This document shows positions 9,964 to 20,787 of a stretch of DNA of 64,000 nt, piece by piece. The stretch's first letter is position 1. Each line of letters opens with the position of its first letter. Source of the stretch: an uncultured Bacilli bacterium (lineage in GTDB: Bacteria; Bacillota_I; Bacilli_A; RF39; UBA660); contig CAKOXL010000001.1 of the NCBI GenBank assembly GCA_934130105.1, positions 3,431 to 67,430 on the forward strand. The letters are read 5' to 3'. Made by a program: the position numbers and the translations under genes. The notes below the pieces were generated by a model that saw only the letters and a program-made list of their open reading frames with translations, searched no databases and was not told the DNA's origin.

Positions 9964-12588
9964 TTATTCTTCTTCTTGATCAGGATTAGCAGTAGGAGTA
10001 GGTGATGGTGTAGGAGTCGGTGTTGGTACTATAATATCACTTGGATCTTTATATACAAATTCATATACAGCAGGATCACTCATATTTTCACTATAATTTT
10101 TAAATGTTGTAACAACTTTGTAAGTACCTGAAATATTAGAATTTGCTTCAATTGTATACGAATTATTAGTAGTAAAGTCTAATAATACATCACCATAATA
10201 TACATTATATCCAAATTCTCCAAAACTTTCATTACCAGTAGGAGTATTTAATTTAGACCAACTGATAGTTATTTTTTTAGTATTTTCATCGTAAGAAACT
10301 TTAAGATTGCTAACTGTTTGAAGTTTATCATATTTTGTAGATATTTCAGTAGGTTCATTACCTGTTTTAAAATATTCACAAGTAATTTGATCTTCTGGTG
10401 TACTAGCACTAGGTAAAGCAGGAGGCCAACTACCTTTTTCTACACACTTTTGAGTTACTGTAGTAGGTTGTTCAAATGTCTTTCCAGAATTTTTATTAAA
10501 GACAACATTTCCTATTGCTCTATATAATTTACCTCTTTCAACACCAGCTGTATTTACACGTAAATGATTAGTACTACTTACATTTTGGTATCCAAGCCAC
10601 ATTGAAACAGCATATTCAGGATCATATCCTACTATCCAAGCATCATTAATAGCATCACTTGATAAATTAAGTTTTTGTTTATCTTCGCTAGTAAAGTTAG
10701 TAGTACCAGTTTTAGCAGCTAATGTTACACCATTAATTTTAGCACCACTACTTAGACCACTTTCAACTGCCGTTACTAACATATCACTAATCATGAAGGC
10801 TGTTGCTTCACTCATTACTTTAGTTTCTTTTGGTTTAATTGTCTTTATATCATTATTTTCTCTATATATTATTTTATTAACAGTTAAAGGTTCAATATAA
10901 GTACCACCATTGGCAAATGCGGCATAAGCTGCAGCCATTTGAAGTACTGTAACACCATCTATCGCACCTATTGAACTTGATTCGTATAACTGTCCATTAA
11001 CAGTTTCAGGTGTTAAACCTAGGTTGGTAACAAATTCATATATTTTTTTATTTCCTACTTGTTCCTGAACTTTTTGAAATGCCTTTAAAGCAGGAATATT
11101 TCTAGATAGTGAAAGAGCTGATCTAATACTTATTTGTCCTAGATACTTACTATCTGAGTTAGTAATTGCTTGACCTGTTGAATATTTCCAAGGTTCATCA
11201 ACGATTTGTTCATAAGTTGACCAGTTTAAATATTCAATTGCGGGTGCATAATCAAATATTGGTTTAGCAGTAGATCCTATTTGATTTGTCTCTTGTGTTA
11301 CAAAATTCCAATCACCAGCACTTCTATTATGTCCAGCTCCAACAGCTACTAGTTTTCCAGTTGAAACTTCAATAACAGCTGCACCACTTTGGATAGTATC
11401 ATTAATCCATTTATATTTATTATTACTATTATATACTTCATCAATTCCAGCTTGTCTTGTACGATCCATGTTAGTATATACTAAAACTGAAGTGTAATAT
11501 GGGTTAATACCATGTTTAGTTTTTAATTCTTCAACAACAGTATCAATATAACTTTGATATGCTGATGTTTTCTTTTTTCCAGAAAGAAGTGATGTAATAG
11601 GGATACTATTAGCCATTTCAGCTTCTTCTGCGGTTATATAAGAATGTCTAACCATTAAATTTAATACAGTACTTCTTCTTTCATAAGCCTTAGCTGGATA
11701 TTTATATGGATTATAAACAGTAGGGTTATTAAATATTCCAACAAGAAGTGCAGCTTCTGATAAGTTTAAGTCCTTAACACTTTTTCCAAAATAAGTTTGT
11801 GAAGCTTGTTCAACACCCCAAGCATTATTACCAAGATCATAATTATTTACATAATATTCAATAATTTCCTCTTTGGTAAAATTTTTCTCTAGTTTAAATA
11901 CAGCTAAATATATATCAGTAAATTTACGTATTATTCCGTCAATTCCTTCACTTTCATTACCAGTATAAGTATTTTTAATTAATTGCATTGATAAAGTAGA
12001 AGCACCACCAGCATCTTTATTTCCTAAAATCTGTCCTATACTTGCCTTAATAAAACGAGGTGCATCAAGACCATTATGTTGAAAGAATCTAGAATCTTCA
12101 GTTGCGATTAACGCATCAATAAATACTTCAGGTAAATCATCATAAGTTATATTTTCTCTTAATTGTGAACCAATTCTAGTAATTTCTTCTCCATCTTTAT
12201 CATATAAAATACTTGCTTCTGATTTATTAAGTTTGCTAACATCAAATTCAGGAGCATTAGTAACTATATATCCAATAAAAACTGAAATACCGATGCAAAC
12301 TAATATAGCTATCGTAAAAAAGAATATTAATATAAAGTTAATTACTCTTCTTCTTTTCGGCTTCGATTTAGTTTTATCAAGGATTCTAGCTATAAGTAAT
12401 ATAAGGATAATACCAATAGCTATTATAATAGTTAATAGCATTCCAAACTTAAGGTAGCTAATTAAAAGAAGTGCTAATAAGATAATACCAATTATAATAA
12501 CTGGTTTTTCTATTTTAGTATTTTTTCTACTATTTTTAGGTTTATTATTTTCTTTCACATTTGTTTTTTTGACTGTTTTTGCCATCAT
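9964..12588 (-). CDS. ponA: penicillin-binding protein 1A (bifunctional glycosyltransferase/transpeptidase)
   Basis: 874 aa; N-terminal TM, GT51 motifs (EDSRFFQH, GASTLSMQ), transpeptidase SxxK (STAKP), and a C-terminal PT-rich linker. Overlaps the recU stop. Confidence 0.88.
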   Translation of the reverse strand: MMAKTVKKTNVKENNKPKNSRKNTKIEKPVIIIGIILLALLLISYLKFGMLLTIIIAIGIILILLIARILDKTKSKPKRRRVINFILIFFFTIAILVCIGISVFIGYIVTNAPEFDVSKLNKSEASILYDKDGEEITRIGSQLRENITYDDLPEVFIDALIATEDSRFFQHNGLDAPRFIKASIGQILGNKDAGGASTLSMQLIKNTYTGNESEGIDGIIRKFTDIYLAVFKLEKNFTKEEIIEYYVNNYDLGNNAWGVEQASQTYFGKSVKDLNLSEAALLVGIFNNPTVYNPYKYPAKAYERRSTVLNLMVRHSYITAEEAEMANSIPITSLLSGKKKTSAYQSYIDTVVEELKTKHGINPYYTSVLVYTNMDRTRQAGIDEVYNSNNKYKWINDTIQSGAAVIEVSTGKLVAVGAGHNRSAGDWNFVTQETNQIGSTAKPIFDYAPAIEYLNWSTYEQIVDEPWKYSTGQAITNSDSKYLGQISIRSALSLSRNIPALKAFQKVQEQVGNKKIYEFVTNLGLTPETVNGQLYESSSIGAIDGVTVLQMAAAYAAFANGGTYIEPLTVNKIIYRENNDIKTIKPKETKVMSEATAFMISDMLVTAVESGLSSGAKINGVTLAAKTGTTNFTSEDKQKLNLSSDAINDAWIVGYDPEYAVSMWLGYQNVSSTNHLRVNTAGVERGKLYRAIGNVVFNKNSGKTFEQPTTVTQKCVEKGSWPPALPSASTPEDQITCEYFKTGNEPTEISTKYDKLQTVSNLKVSYDENTKKITISWSKLNTPTGNESFGEFGYNVYYGDVLLDFTTNNSYTIEANSNISGTYKVVTTFKNYSENMSDPAVYEFVYKDPSDIIVPTPTPTPSPTPTANPDQEEE

Positions 12589-13172
12589 AACACCTCCACG
12601 TGTTTTTTAATAATTTCTAAATAATCAAGTCTAGGAGCATATTTTTCGTTTATTTCATGTCCCTTTTCTAAAAAATATTCATATGGAATTGATTTCCTAC
12701 TAGTATTTTCAATGTATTTAAAAAAATCATCCGCAAAAAGTAAGAATGTTTTATTGTATTTTGTAAACCTTACAATTAAAAAACATACTCCACCATTATT
12801 TAAGATGTTCTTCAAATGTTTTACTTGATGTTCATGTATATTTTCAAGTGGAAAATAGCTTTCATTATTAGTCTCTTTTGCTTCAAAATCAATATATTTT
12901 CCTTTATATAATCCATTATAATCGGTAGTAGAAGGTGCTTCAAAATAAGCTTCCTTGATTGTAATTTTACCTGTTTTATTGGTTTTACTTGGGTAATTTA
13001 CTTTTAGTATTTTTATTGGGGTCGGTTTTTTATATATAAAAGCTTGCCCTGTATCGACATAATATTGGTTTGACATATTAATGTCATTTTCTAAATTCAT
13101 ACCACGATTATTATGAAATACTTCTTTTTTGTTAAGTATTTCTTTGAGGGGATTAATACCACTATATTCCAT
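12585..13172 (-). CDS. recU: Holliday junction resolvase RecU
   Basis: 195 aa; classic recU-ponA operon arrangement and conserved central RecU region (GLYKGKYIDFEAKET). Confidence 0.8.
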   Translation of the reverse strand: MEYSGINPLKEILNKKEVFHNNRGMNLENDINMSNQYYVDTGQAFIYKKPTPIKILKVNYPSKTNKTGKITIKEAYFEAPSTTDYNGLYKGKYIDFEAKETNNESYFPLENIHEHQVKHLKNILNNGGVCFLIVRFTKYNKTFLLFADDFFKYIENTSRKSIPYEYFLEKGHEINEKYAPRLDYLEIIKKHVEVL

Positions 13173-13510
13173 ATAATCACCTATCCAAACATATTATACT
13201 ATATTAATCACTTTTTTCAAACTTTTTTATTAGATGATTTTGTAAAAAAAATGGCTAGTTTTGTCGAATTTATGTTTTTTTAATCAGATTATTTTATAAT
13301 AAAAGCGGTGATATTATGAATTATTTACAAGTAATAGAAATATTAAACAAAATGGATAAAAATATCTTAAAGTCAAAGTTAACTACTTATACATTGGTAT
13401 CAAATAATTATAAAAATGATATTTAATTTCTAAATATAATTTATTTAAGTCTTTTTATTGAATTATTTTAATTTTTTTGATACAATTACATCAATAATAG
13501 GAGGTACACT

Positions 13511-16366
13511 ATGTTTAGACAAGATCAATCTATAAAAACAATCGTTTTTGATGATAATGTAGGATATTATTCTCAAGGAAAATTGGCTCAATGGGCTATG
13601 GATAGAAAAAATATTTATGGTGATGTTAAGGTTGTGGTTTGGACTGCTAATGGAAATAATTTTGAATTTGATACTTTAGGATGCAATTCTGAACAAGAAA
13701 TAATAGATAAAAATCAGGATGTATTTAATAAAATGGGACTACCTAATTTTATAGCAAACAGTGTAGGCAATAAGACATATATAACGATAGATGGTATGGA
13801 CAAGTCTTACACAATTGATTTTGAAAAATGCGATGACTTAGGAGATTTTGTATCATTAAATCAAAATGTTATAAATGAAATCCCAGAAAAGTATTTAGGC
13901 GGTATAATCAATTTTGCAAAGGAAAAAATTAATAATAAAAACGTTAAAGAACCAGAAACTACTTTAGAAAATAATAACTCTGAAGATACTATTTATTTAG
14001 AAAAAGAAGATGGCACCATAGAAGAAATTTTAGCAAAAATGATGGAAGAAAAATCAAAAAGTAATAAAGAAGTGGCATATAACCATGAAAATATGAATTT
14101 TTCAACTAAAGATTGTAGTAGTTTAGATGATATAATAACCAAATATCAAAAAGAGCTATTTGCAGATATCGAAAATGAAAGAGCAAAAAATTTCAATAAT
14201 TCAGAATGTCAATTATTAATAAGAAATTTTACAAATAAAGTTGGCAGTATTCCATTAACAGAAGAGGAAAAACAAATAGTACAACAAGAGTATAGTAATG
14301 TTTTAAATAAAAAAGTTGATTTTGAAAAACCGCAAGAAGTTAGAAATTGGTTAAATGAAGCTTCTAGATATATTAATGATATTAACTTTAATAGTTATGT
14401 CGATGTTGATGCACTTATAAATATTTTAAATAATAATGGCTATACTTCTACTAAAAAAGAAGTAAATGGTCTTGAATCATACCAAGCAAGTACTATATCA
14501 TATGATGTAGCTGACCTTGAAAAATATCATTTTTTTGCTGGTAATTATTTAGAAAACTATGTTAATAGTGTAAATAATGAATTAGAAAATAATAATCAAG
14601 TTGACCTTTACAGCCAAATTGAACTTTATAACCAAGTTGAAGAAACTGATTTATATAATGAGTTAGGAACTTTAAATACTAAAAAGAAAAGATTAATAAA
14701 TGAAATTAAATATTTAGAACAATATGCACTAGGAAGTTTTGATAGTAATCGTAATATAACACCAACATTTAACGAACGTATTAAAAAAATACAATCTCAA
14801 ATTAGTGCGTTGGAAGAGGAAAAAAGTAAGTATAATGGTGTTTTAATTGCTACCGATTTAAGTAACTCTAAAGTTATTCTAAACCATTTAGTAGAAAAAG
14901 AAAGTGGCAATTTAGTAGAAGCAACAAATGATGCTATACAATTATTTAAAGTAGCAGATGGAATACCATCTACTGAAAACATTATTAAGCTATTAGAAAA
15001 AATAGAACAAATTCCTGATACAAATAAAAAAATAAAAGAAGCATTACTAACTTCTACCATTTATTTAAATGAACGTTATTCATTAAACAAAGAACAAGAA
15101 GAAAAAGAACAAATATCAGAACGCATAAATAAATTTGATTTTAAAACCGATAAACAAAAGCTAGATGAATATGTATCTAAAATAAATTCTTTAAATTCTG
15201 AATACCAAAAAGTAGAACAAGAAAAGAAACAAGCAGAAGAAAAGGTTTCTGAGAAGATAAAAGATAAAAAGGAAAAATTATTTGAAGTTATAAGTAAAAT
15301 TGATAGCATTGAAGAAAAGATTGCTTTAAAAGAAAGTAAAGCTAACCAAAATAAAGGCAAAAATAATACTGAAAAATTAGGTCAAACTAATTTAGCGATT
15401 GAAGAAAATAAGCCAGTTAAAAATAATGAAAGAATTTTTACAGATGAAGAAAGAATTGATAAAGATCATAGCTATTTAAATGCAGATAATGCTAAAAATA
15501 TGAATCTTTTAAATGATTTTAATAAAGATAAAGGTGCCAATAACGCAGGTAATAAAAATACTGTAAATAACTCAAACAATGCAAATAATGCAAATAATGC
15601 TAATAATGTAAATAGTGATAACAATATAAATGGTATTAATATTCCAACACCAAAAGATGATAAATTCAAAAGACCACATCCAATTAAAGCTATTAAAAAG
15701 GCTGGAAGCAAACTAAAAGAAAAAATAAGTAACTTTAATTTTAAAGAAAAAATGAAAAAAGCACTAGAATGGTTCTATAAGCATAAAGTTGCAACATTTG
15801 TAGTAGGTGCCGTAACATTAGCAGCAGCTGTTGCAATAGGAAATAGTAAAACAGATTCAACTTTTAATAGTAATGTTAGTAGTAGGATTGAATCAGATAG
15901 TAAAGAAGATAACAATGAAATAAATATTAAACCAGCAGCTAGTTTAATTAACCAAGGATATGTTGATGAAATACTTAATAATATGACTCCTAATAATAAT
16001 GTAAATTCTAGTGATTCAAATTCTAATACTGTTAGTGATGATAAACAGTTTGAAGATGCTATAAGCAATTTAAATAATGATATTTTAGCTGGTACTGCAA
16101 AAGTATATACTCAAGAAAATAACGCTTTTGATGGAAGTAATTACGTTCAACACGATAATTTATATGCACCATCTTGGCAAAATGCTGAAGTAGGAGCTTT
16201 CTATGCTAATGAAAATGGTAATATAACTCAAATTAGTAGGGAAGAAGCTGAAGCAAGATACAATAATGGTGAAGATGTAGTAGCTAAAATGGAAAATGAT
16301 GGTGTAGGAATTGGTTTTATAAATCTTGATAAGGATAACCAAGAAAACATCGGAATGTCTAAGTAA
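13511..16366 (+). CDS. large hypothetical protein with coiled-coil and Asn-rich low-complexity regions and a single TM helix
   Basis: 951-aa ORF with RBS taggaggt; long E/K-rich heptad-like stretches, an NNANNANNANNVN repeat, and a hydrophobic helix VATFVVGAVTLAAAVAIG near residue 760. Confidence 0.5.
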   Translation: MFRQDQSIKTIVFDDNVGYYSQGKLAQWAMDRKNIYGDVKVVVWTANGNNFEFDTLGCNSEQEIIDKNQDVFNKMGLPNFIANSVGNKTYITIDGMDKSYTIDFEKCDDLGDFVSLNQNVINEIPEKYLGGIINFAKEKINNKNVKEPETTLENNNSEDTIYLEKEDGTIEEILAKMMEEKSKSNKEVAYNHENMNFSTKDCSSLDDIITKYQKELFADIENERAKNFNNSECQLLIRNFTNKVGSIPLTEEEKQIVQQEYSNVLNKKVDFEKPQEVRNWLNEASRYINDINFNSYVDVDALINILNNNGYTSTKKEVNGLESYQASTISYDVADLEKYHFFAGNYLENYVNSVNNELENNNQVDLYSQIELYNQVEETDLYNELGTLNTKKKRLINEIKYLEQYALGSFDSNRNITPTFNERIKKIQSQISALEEEKSKYNGVLIATDLSNSKVILNHLVEKESGNLVEATNDAIQLFKVADGIPSTENIIKLLEKIEQIPDTNKKIKEALLTSTIYLNERYSLNKEQEEKEQISERINKFDFKTDKQKLDEYVSKINSLNSEYQKVEQEKKQAEEKVSEKIKDKKEKLFEVISKIDSIEEKIALKESKANQNKGKNNTEKLGQTNLAIEENKPVKNNERIFTDEERIDKDHSYLNADNAKNMNLLNDFNKDKGANNAGNKNTVNNSNNANNANNANNVNSDNNINGINIPTPKDDKFKRPHPIKAIKKAGSKLKEKISNFNFKEKMKKALEWFYKHKVATFVVGAVTLAAAVAIGNSKTDSTFNSNVSSRIESDSKEDNNEINIKPAASLINQGYVDEILNNMTPNNNVNSSDSNSNTVSDDKQFEDAISNLNNDILAGTAKVYTQENNAFDGSNYVQHDNLYAPSWQNAEVGAFYANENGNITQISREEAEARYNNGEDVVAKMENDGVGIGFINLDKDNQENIGMSK

Positions 16367-16376
16367 GGAGATTATT

Positions 16377-16613
16377 ATGGAGAATTTAATAAATAGTATC
16401 ATAACTTTAGATAATGATGAAAAATATGTTGTTTTAAATCAGGCTATATATCAAGGCAAAAACTATTTCTTTGTTGCCCAAGTAACTAGTGATGAAGAGG
16501 ATGTACTAGATGAATTTAGGTTATTAGAAGAAACTGAATATAATGGTGAAAAATCACTACAACTAGTTACAGATGCAAATATTATAGATTTACTAACAAA
16601 ATATTTTAAATAA
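16377..16613 (+). CDS. hypothetical small acidic protein
   Basis: ATG with RBS aaggaga; the ORF track start at 16326 overlaps the upstream gene. Confidence 0.4.
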   Translation: MENLINSIITLDNDEKYVVLNQAIYQGKNYFFVAQVTSDEEDVLDEFRLLEETEYNGEKSLQLVTDANIIDLLTKYFK

Positions 16614-16708
16614 TAATTAAATTATAGAAAGATTAAAAAATAGGTTGTATAATCTATTTTTTTTTTGCTATAATTAAAATGTAATGAAAAAAATAGATAG
16701 GTGATATT

Positions 16709-17167
16709 ATGACATACAAAATAACAAGTAGAAGTGAACAAGATACAATCGAACTTGCACAAAATATTGAATCTGAAAAATTTCCTAATATGGTAATTTG
16801 TTTACAAGGTGATTTGGGAAGTGGTAAAACAGTTTTTACAAAGGGTTTTGCCTCATCTTTAGGAATAGACGAGGTAGTAACTAGTCCAACTTTTAATATT
16901 ATAAAAGAATATACAACTGGTGAAATGGATTTATATCACATGGATGTATATCGTTTAGATGGTAAGGTAGACGATTTAGGAATAGAAGATTATTTTAGTA
17001 AAAATGGCGTTGTAATTATTGAATGGTCAGATATGATTAAAGATTACTTACCAGAAGAAAGATTAGATATAAAAATTAAAATATCAGAAGAATCAGAAGA
17101 TACTAGAATTATTTTAATAACACCATATGGAAAACAATATGAAGATTTGTGCGAGGCTGTATTATGA
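16709..17167 (+). CDS. tsaE: tRNA t6A37 biosynthesis ATPase TsaE
   Basis: P-loop GDLGSGKT; operon with tsaB-rimI-tsaD. Confidence 0.8.
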   Translation: MTYKITSRSEQDTIELAQNIESEKFPNMVICLQGDLGSGKTVFTKGFASSLGIDEVVTSPTFNIIKEYTTGEMDLYHMDVYRLDGKVDDLGIEDYFSKNGVVIIEWSDMIKDYLPEERLDIKIKISEESEDTRIILITPYGKQYEDLCEAVL

Positions 17168-17799
17168 AAGTCCTTTATATAGATACAACAACTAGTTATT
17201 TATATACAGGAATTGTGGTTGATGGAAAATTAATAGAAGAAATTCAAACTGATTTTGGTAAAGACTTATCTAGTGTTGCTCTTAAGAAAATCAGTGAAAT
17301 GTTAGAAAAAAGTAATTTAAAGCCTAACGACATTGACAAAATAATTGTTGTAAACGGTCCAGGATCTTTTACGGGAATTAGAGTCGGTGTAACCATAGCT
17401 AAAACGTATGCATATAGTTTAAAAAAAGATATAACTACAATAACTAGCTTGGAAGCAATGGCTGCATCATGTACGGATGATTCATACAAGATTCCTATAA
17501 TAGATGCAAGACGTGGTTATGTATATGGTGCCATTTTTAATAAAGAAAATGAAATTGTATTAAAGCAACAGTATATAAAATTAGATACTATTAAGTGTGC
17601 AGCTGAAAATTTAGTTGACAAGTTTACATATATTAGTAATCAAAATTTTGATGGTATCTTGACAAAAGAATATAAACCAAATATAGAAAATATTGTAAAT
17701 ATGTATAGTAATAAAGAAAATGAAAATCCGCATTCTGTTGATCCAATTTATTTAAAATTGACAGAAGCAGAGGAAAAACAGAAGCTAGAACTTATATGA
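17164..17799 (+). CDS. tsaB: tRNA t6A37 biosynthesis protein TsaB
   Basis: ATGA overlap with the tsaE stop; N-terminal MKVLYIDTTT fold shared with TsaD paralogs. Confidence 0.8.
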   Translation: MKVLYIDTTTSYLYTGIVVDGKLIEEIQTDFGKDLSSVALKKISEMLEKSNLKPNDIDKIIVVNGPGSFTGIRVGVTIAKTYAYSLKKDITTITSLEAMAASCTDDSYKIPIIDARRGYVYGAIFNKENEIVLKQQYIKLDTIKCAAENLVDKFTYISNQNFDGILTKEYKPNIENIVNMYSNKENENPHSVDPIYLKLTEAEEKQKLELI

Positions 17800-18221
17800 T
17801 AGAAAGATTAAACAGAAGTTCTATTTATTTTGATGAACTAGAAAAAATGTTTTCCGATGTATTTACAAAAAGTAAAGTACTTGACGATTTAGAAAATAAT
17901 AGCTTTACAAATTATTTTACATATATTGTAGATAACAATCCTGTTGCTTTCATTAATTATTACACCATGTATGAGCGATGTGAATTGATAAATATTAATG
18001 TAGATAGTAAATACCAAAATATTGGCATAGCTAGTAATTTGTTAAATTTTATGTTTAATGACTGCAAAAATAAAAATATCACAAGTATAACTTTGGAAGT
18101 AAATATTAAGAATGCTAAAGCACTACACTTGTATCAAAAATATGGATTTAAACAAATTGGGATTAGAAAAGGTTACTATCATGGAACAGATGGTATATTG
18201 ATGGAAAAAGAGTTGATGTAA
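17796..18221 (+). CDS. rimI: ribosomal-protein-alanine N-acetyltransferase (GNAT)
   Basis: GNAT motif QNIGIASNLL...AKALHLYQKYGF; conserved position between tsaB and tsaD. Confidence 0.7.
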   Translation: MIERLNRSSIYFDELEKMFSDVFTKSKVLDDLENNSFTNYFTYIVDNNPVAFINYYTMYERCELININVDSKYQNIGIASNLLNFMFNDCKNKNITSITLEVNIKNAKALHLYQKYGFKQIGIRKGYYHGTDGILMEKELM

Positions 18222-19247
18222 ATGGAAAATAAAGATATATACATACTAGGAATAGAAACAAGTTGTGATGAAACAAGTGCTTCAATTGTAAAAAATGGTA
18301 CAACAGAAATAGCTACAGTAGTTTTAACACAGATTGATATACATAAAGATTTCGGTGGAGTAGTGCCAGAAATCGCCAGCCGTAACCATGTTAAAAATAT
18401 AACCATGGTAATTGAAGATTGTTTAGAAAAAGCTAACATGACTATTGATGAAATAGATGCTATTGGTGTAACTTATGGTCCAGGTTTAATTGGTTCTCTT
18501 TTAATAGGAGTTGAAGCAGCTAAAACATTAGCATATGTTAATAACAAGCCATTAATTCCAGTAAATCACATGTCTGGACATATTTATGCAAATGAGCTTG
18601 TACACGAATTAAAATTTCCTTTAATAGCACTTGTAATTAGTGGTGGACACACAGAATTAATTTATATGAAAGATCATTACCAATTTGAGAAAATTGGTGG
18701 AACTTTAGATGATGCAGTTGGTGAATGTTATGATAAAATAGCTAGAGTTGTATCAGTCCCATATCCAGGTGGACCAACTATTGATAAATGGGCTCATGAA
18801 GGACAAGATACTTATAACTTACCACTACCATTAAATGATAACAGTTATAATTTTAGTTTTAGTGGTTTAAAAAGTGCAGTAATAAATCTAGTTCATAATG
18901 AACAACAACGTAATAATGAGATTAGAAAAAAAGATTTAGCTACATCATTTCAAAATACTGTTGTAGAAATTATTACTAAAAAAACATTAAAAGCTTTAAA
19001 AGACTATAATGTAAAAAATTTAATTGTTGCTGGCGGAGTTGCAGCTAATAAAGGAATAAGAGAAAAACTATCTGAATTATGTCAAAAAGAAAATATTAAT
19101 TATTCCTTTCCAGATATAAAATACTGTACTGATAATGCCGCAATGATTGCATCGAGTGCATATCATGCATATTTACTTGGTAAGAGGGCAGATTTAACAT
19201 TAAATCCTGTTTCTAACCTAGAACTAAGTCAAAAAGAAAACGATTAA
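18222..19247 (+). CDS. tsaD: tRNA N6-adenosine threonylcarbamoyltransferase TsaD
   Basis: LGIETSCDETSASIV, HxxGH metal site (HMSGHIYA), 341 aa. Confidence 0.9.
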   Translation: MENKDIYILGIETSCDETSASIVKNGTTEIATVVLTQIDIHKDFGGVVPEIASRNHVKNITMVIEDCLEKANMTIDEIDAIGVTYGPGLIGSLLIGVEAAKTLAYVNNKPLIPVNHMSGHIYANELVHELKFPLIALVISGGHTELIYMKDHYQFEKIGGTLDDAVGECYDKIARVVSVPYPGGPTIDKWAHEGQDTYNLPLPLNDNSYNFSFSGLKSAVINLVHNEQQRNNEIRKKDLATSFQNTVVEIITKKTLKALKDYNVKNLIVAGGVAANKGIREKLSELCQKENINYSFPDIKYCTDNAAMIASSAYHAYLLGKRADLTLNPVSNLELSQKEND

Positions 19248-19253
19248 GATTTA

Positions 19254-20048
19254 TTAATTCTTAATCGCTTTTTTTTCTATAAAAATAATAATTTCATACA
19301 TAATGTAAGAAACAATTGCTAATATTACTACGCCAGTAATTACTAGGTTAATATTAAATACTTGTGAACCATACATAATAAGGTAACCAAGTCCTTCTTT
19401 AGAAACCAGTAACTCACCCATAATTACACCAATTAAACTCATACTAATATTAACTTTTAGACAATTTATTATCATTTTTTTATTGCAAGGAACAATTAAT
19501 TTACTAAAAATCTGTCTTCTCTTAGCATTAAATGTTTTCATTAAAGTTATATAGTAATGATCAGTTGAAATAAATCCTTGATAAATATTGATGATGGTAA
19601 CAAAAGTAGAAATTAAAAGTGCCATAAATATAATTGAATTTGTATCAGCACCAACCCAAATAATGATTAAAGGACCAAGTGCTACTTTTGGAAGTGAATT
19701 AAGAACCGTTAAGTAAGGATCTATTATTTTAGCAAGAGTTTTATTCCACCAAAGAATAGATGCAACTAAAAATCCTATAACGGATGCAAGCGTAAAACTA
19801 ACTAGTGTTTCATAAACAGTTACATATATATGTTTCCATAAATTATTTTGTTCGATTAATGATAAAACTGTTTTTAATACATTACTTGGTGAGCTAGTTA
19901 AAAATGTATTAATGATATTGAGTCTAGCAGCTATTTCCCAAATAGATAAAAAAATAATGATTATAGCGAATTGGCTTATTCTTATAAACCATTTCTTTTG
20001 TTTAATCTTTTTAAGATATAGTTTATGCTCCTTACTATAAGTTAACAT
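19254..20048 (-). CDS. ABC transporter permease (nitrate/sulfonate/bicarbonate NitT/TauT family)
   Basis: 264 aa, 6 TM, EAA-like loop; downstream of the ATPase on the minus strand. Confidence 0.8.
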   Translation of the reverse strand: MLTYSKEHKLYLKKIKQKKWFIRISQFAIIIIFLSIWEIAARLNIINTFLTSSPSNVLKTVLSLIEQNNLWKHIYVTVYETLVSFTLASVIGFLVASILWWNKTLAKIIDPYLTVLNSLPKVALGPLIIIWVGADTNSIIFMALLISTFVTIINIYQGFISTDHYYITLMKTFNAKRRQIFSKLIVPCNKKMIINCLKVNISMSLIGVIMGELLVSKEGLGYLIMYGSQVFNINLVITGVVILAIVSYIMYEIIIFIEKKAIKN

Positions 20049-20784
20049 CTAAATCCCTCCAAATCTCATCATAATATGTATTAAACTCAATACATTTTCT
20101 ATTATTTATAGGAGTAGATTTATTAGTTAACTTAATATCATAAATTTTTTTAACCATTGCTGGTCTTTTTGTTAATACAACGACCCTATCAGATAAAGAA
20201 ATAGCTTCTGCCAAATCATGAGTAACTAGAATAGCAGTTTTACCCTCATTTTTAATAATTTTATAAACATCATCAGATAGTGCTAAACGTGTCTGATAAT
20301 CAAGAGCTGAGAATGGTTCATCAAGTAATAGTATATCAGGTTCTATTGCTAGTGTTCTAATTAATGCAACCCTTTGCTTCATGCCACCCGATAAGGAATC
20401 AGGATATTTGTTGATAAATTCACCCAAACCATAAGTATTAAGCAATTTAATAACTCTATTTCTTGTTGTATTGTTTAAAGTATGATTTATTTCTAAACCA
20501 ATTAAACAATTTTCTAAAATAGTTTTCCAAGGAAACAAAGCATCTTTTTGAAGCATATAACCAAGTTTAACATTTTCTTTGTTAAAAGAAATAGTGCCAC
20601 CTGATTTCTTTTCTAAATTAGATAGGATAGAAAGTAAACTCGTTTTTCCACAACCAGATGGACCGACAATAGAAATAAGTTCCTTATCATAAATATCTAG
20701 ATTGATATCTCCAATTGCACATACTTCACCATCTATATCATGATAATTTTTTTTTAAGTTTTTAATACTTAAAATTGTTTCCAT
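20035..20784 (-). CDS. ABC transporter ATP-binding protein (SsuB/TauB-like)
   Basis: Walker A GPSGCGKTS, signature LSGGMKQR, Walker B LLLDEPFSALD. Confidence 0.85.
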   Translation of the reverse strand: METILSIKNLKKNYHDIDGEVCAIGDINLDIYDKELISIVGPSGCGKTSLLSILSNLEKKSGGTISFNKENVKLGYMLQKDALFPWKTILENCLIGLEINHTLNNTTRNRVIKLLNTYGLGEFINKYPDSLSGGMKQRVALIRTLAIEPDILLLDEPFSALDYQTRLALSDDVYKIIKNEGKTAILVTHDLAEAISLSDRVVVLTKRPAMVKKIYDIKLTNKSTPINNRKCIEFNTYYDEIWRDLDVNL

Positions 20785-20787
20785 TAT

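Noticed and set aside
9964-10030. PTPTPTPSPTPT repeat at the PBP1A C-terminus
   Set aside because: Typical Pro/Thr linker of class A PBPs; not a separate feature.
15540-15620. Short tandem AAT-GCA-AAT (NNANNANNAN) repeats
   Set aside because: Coding low-complexity repeat inside the 951-aa ORF; not a CRISPR or VNTR locus of interest.
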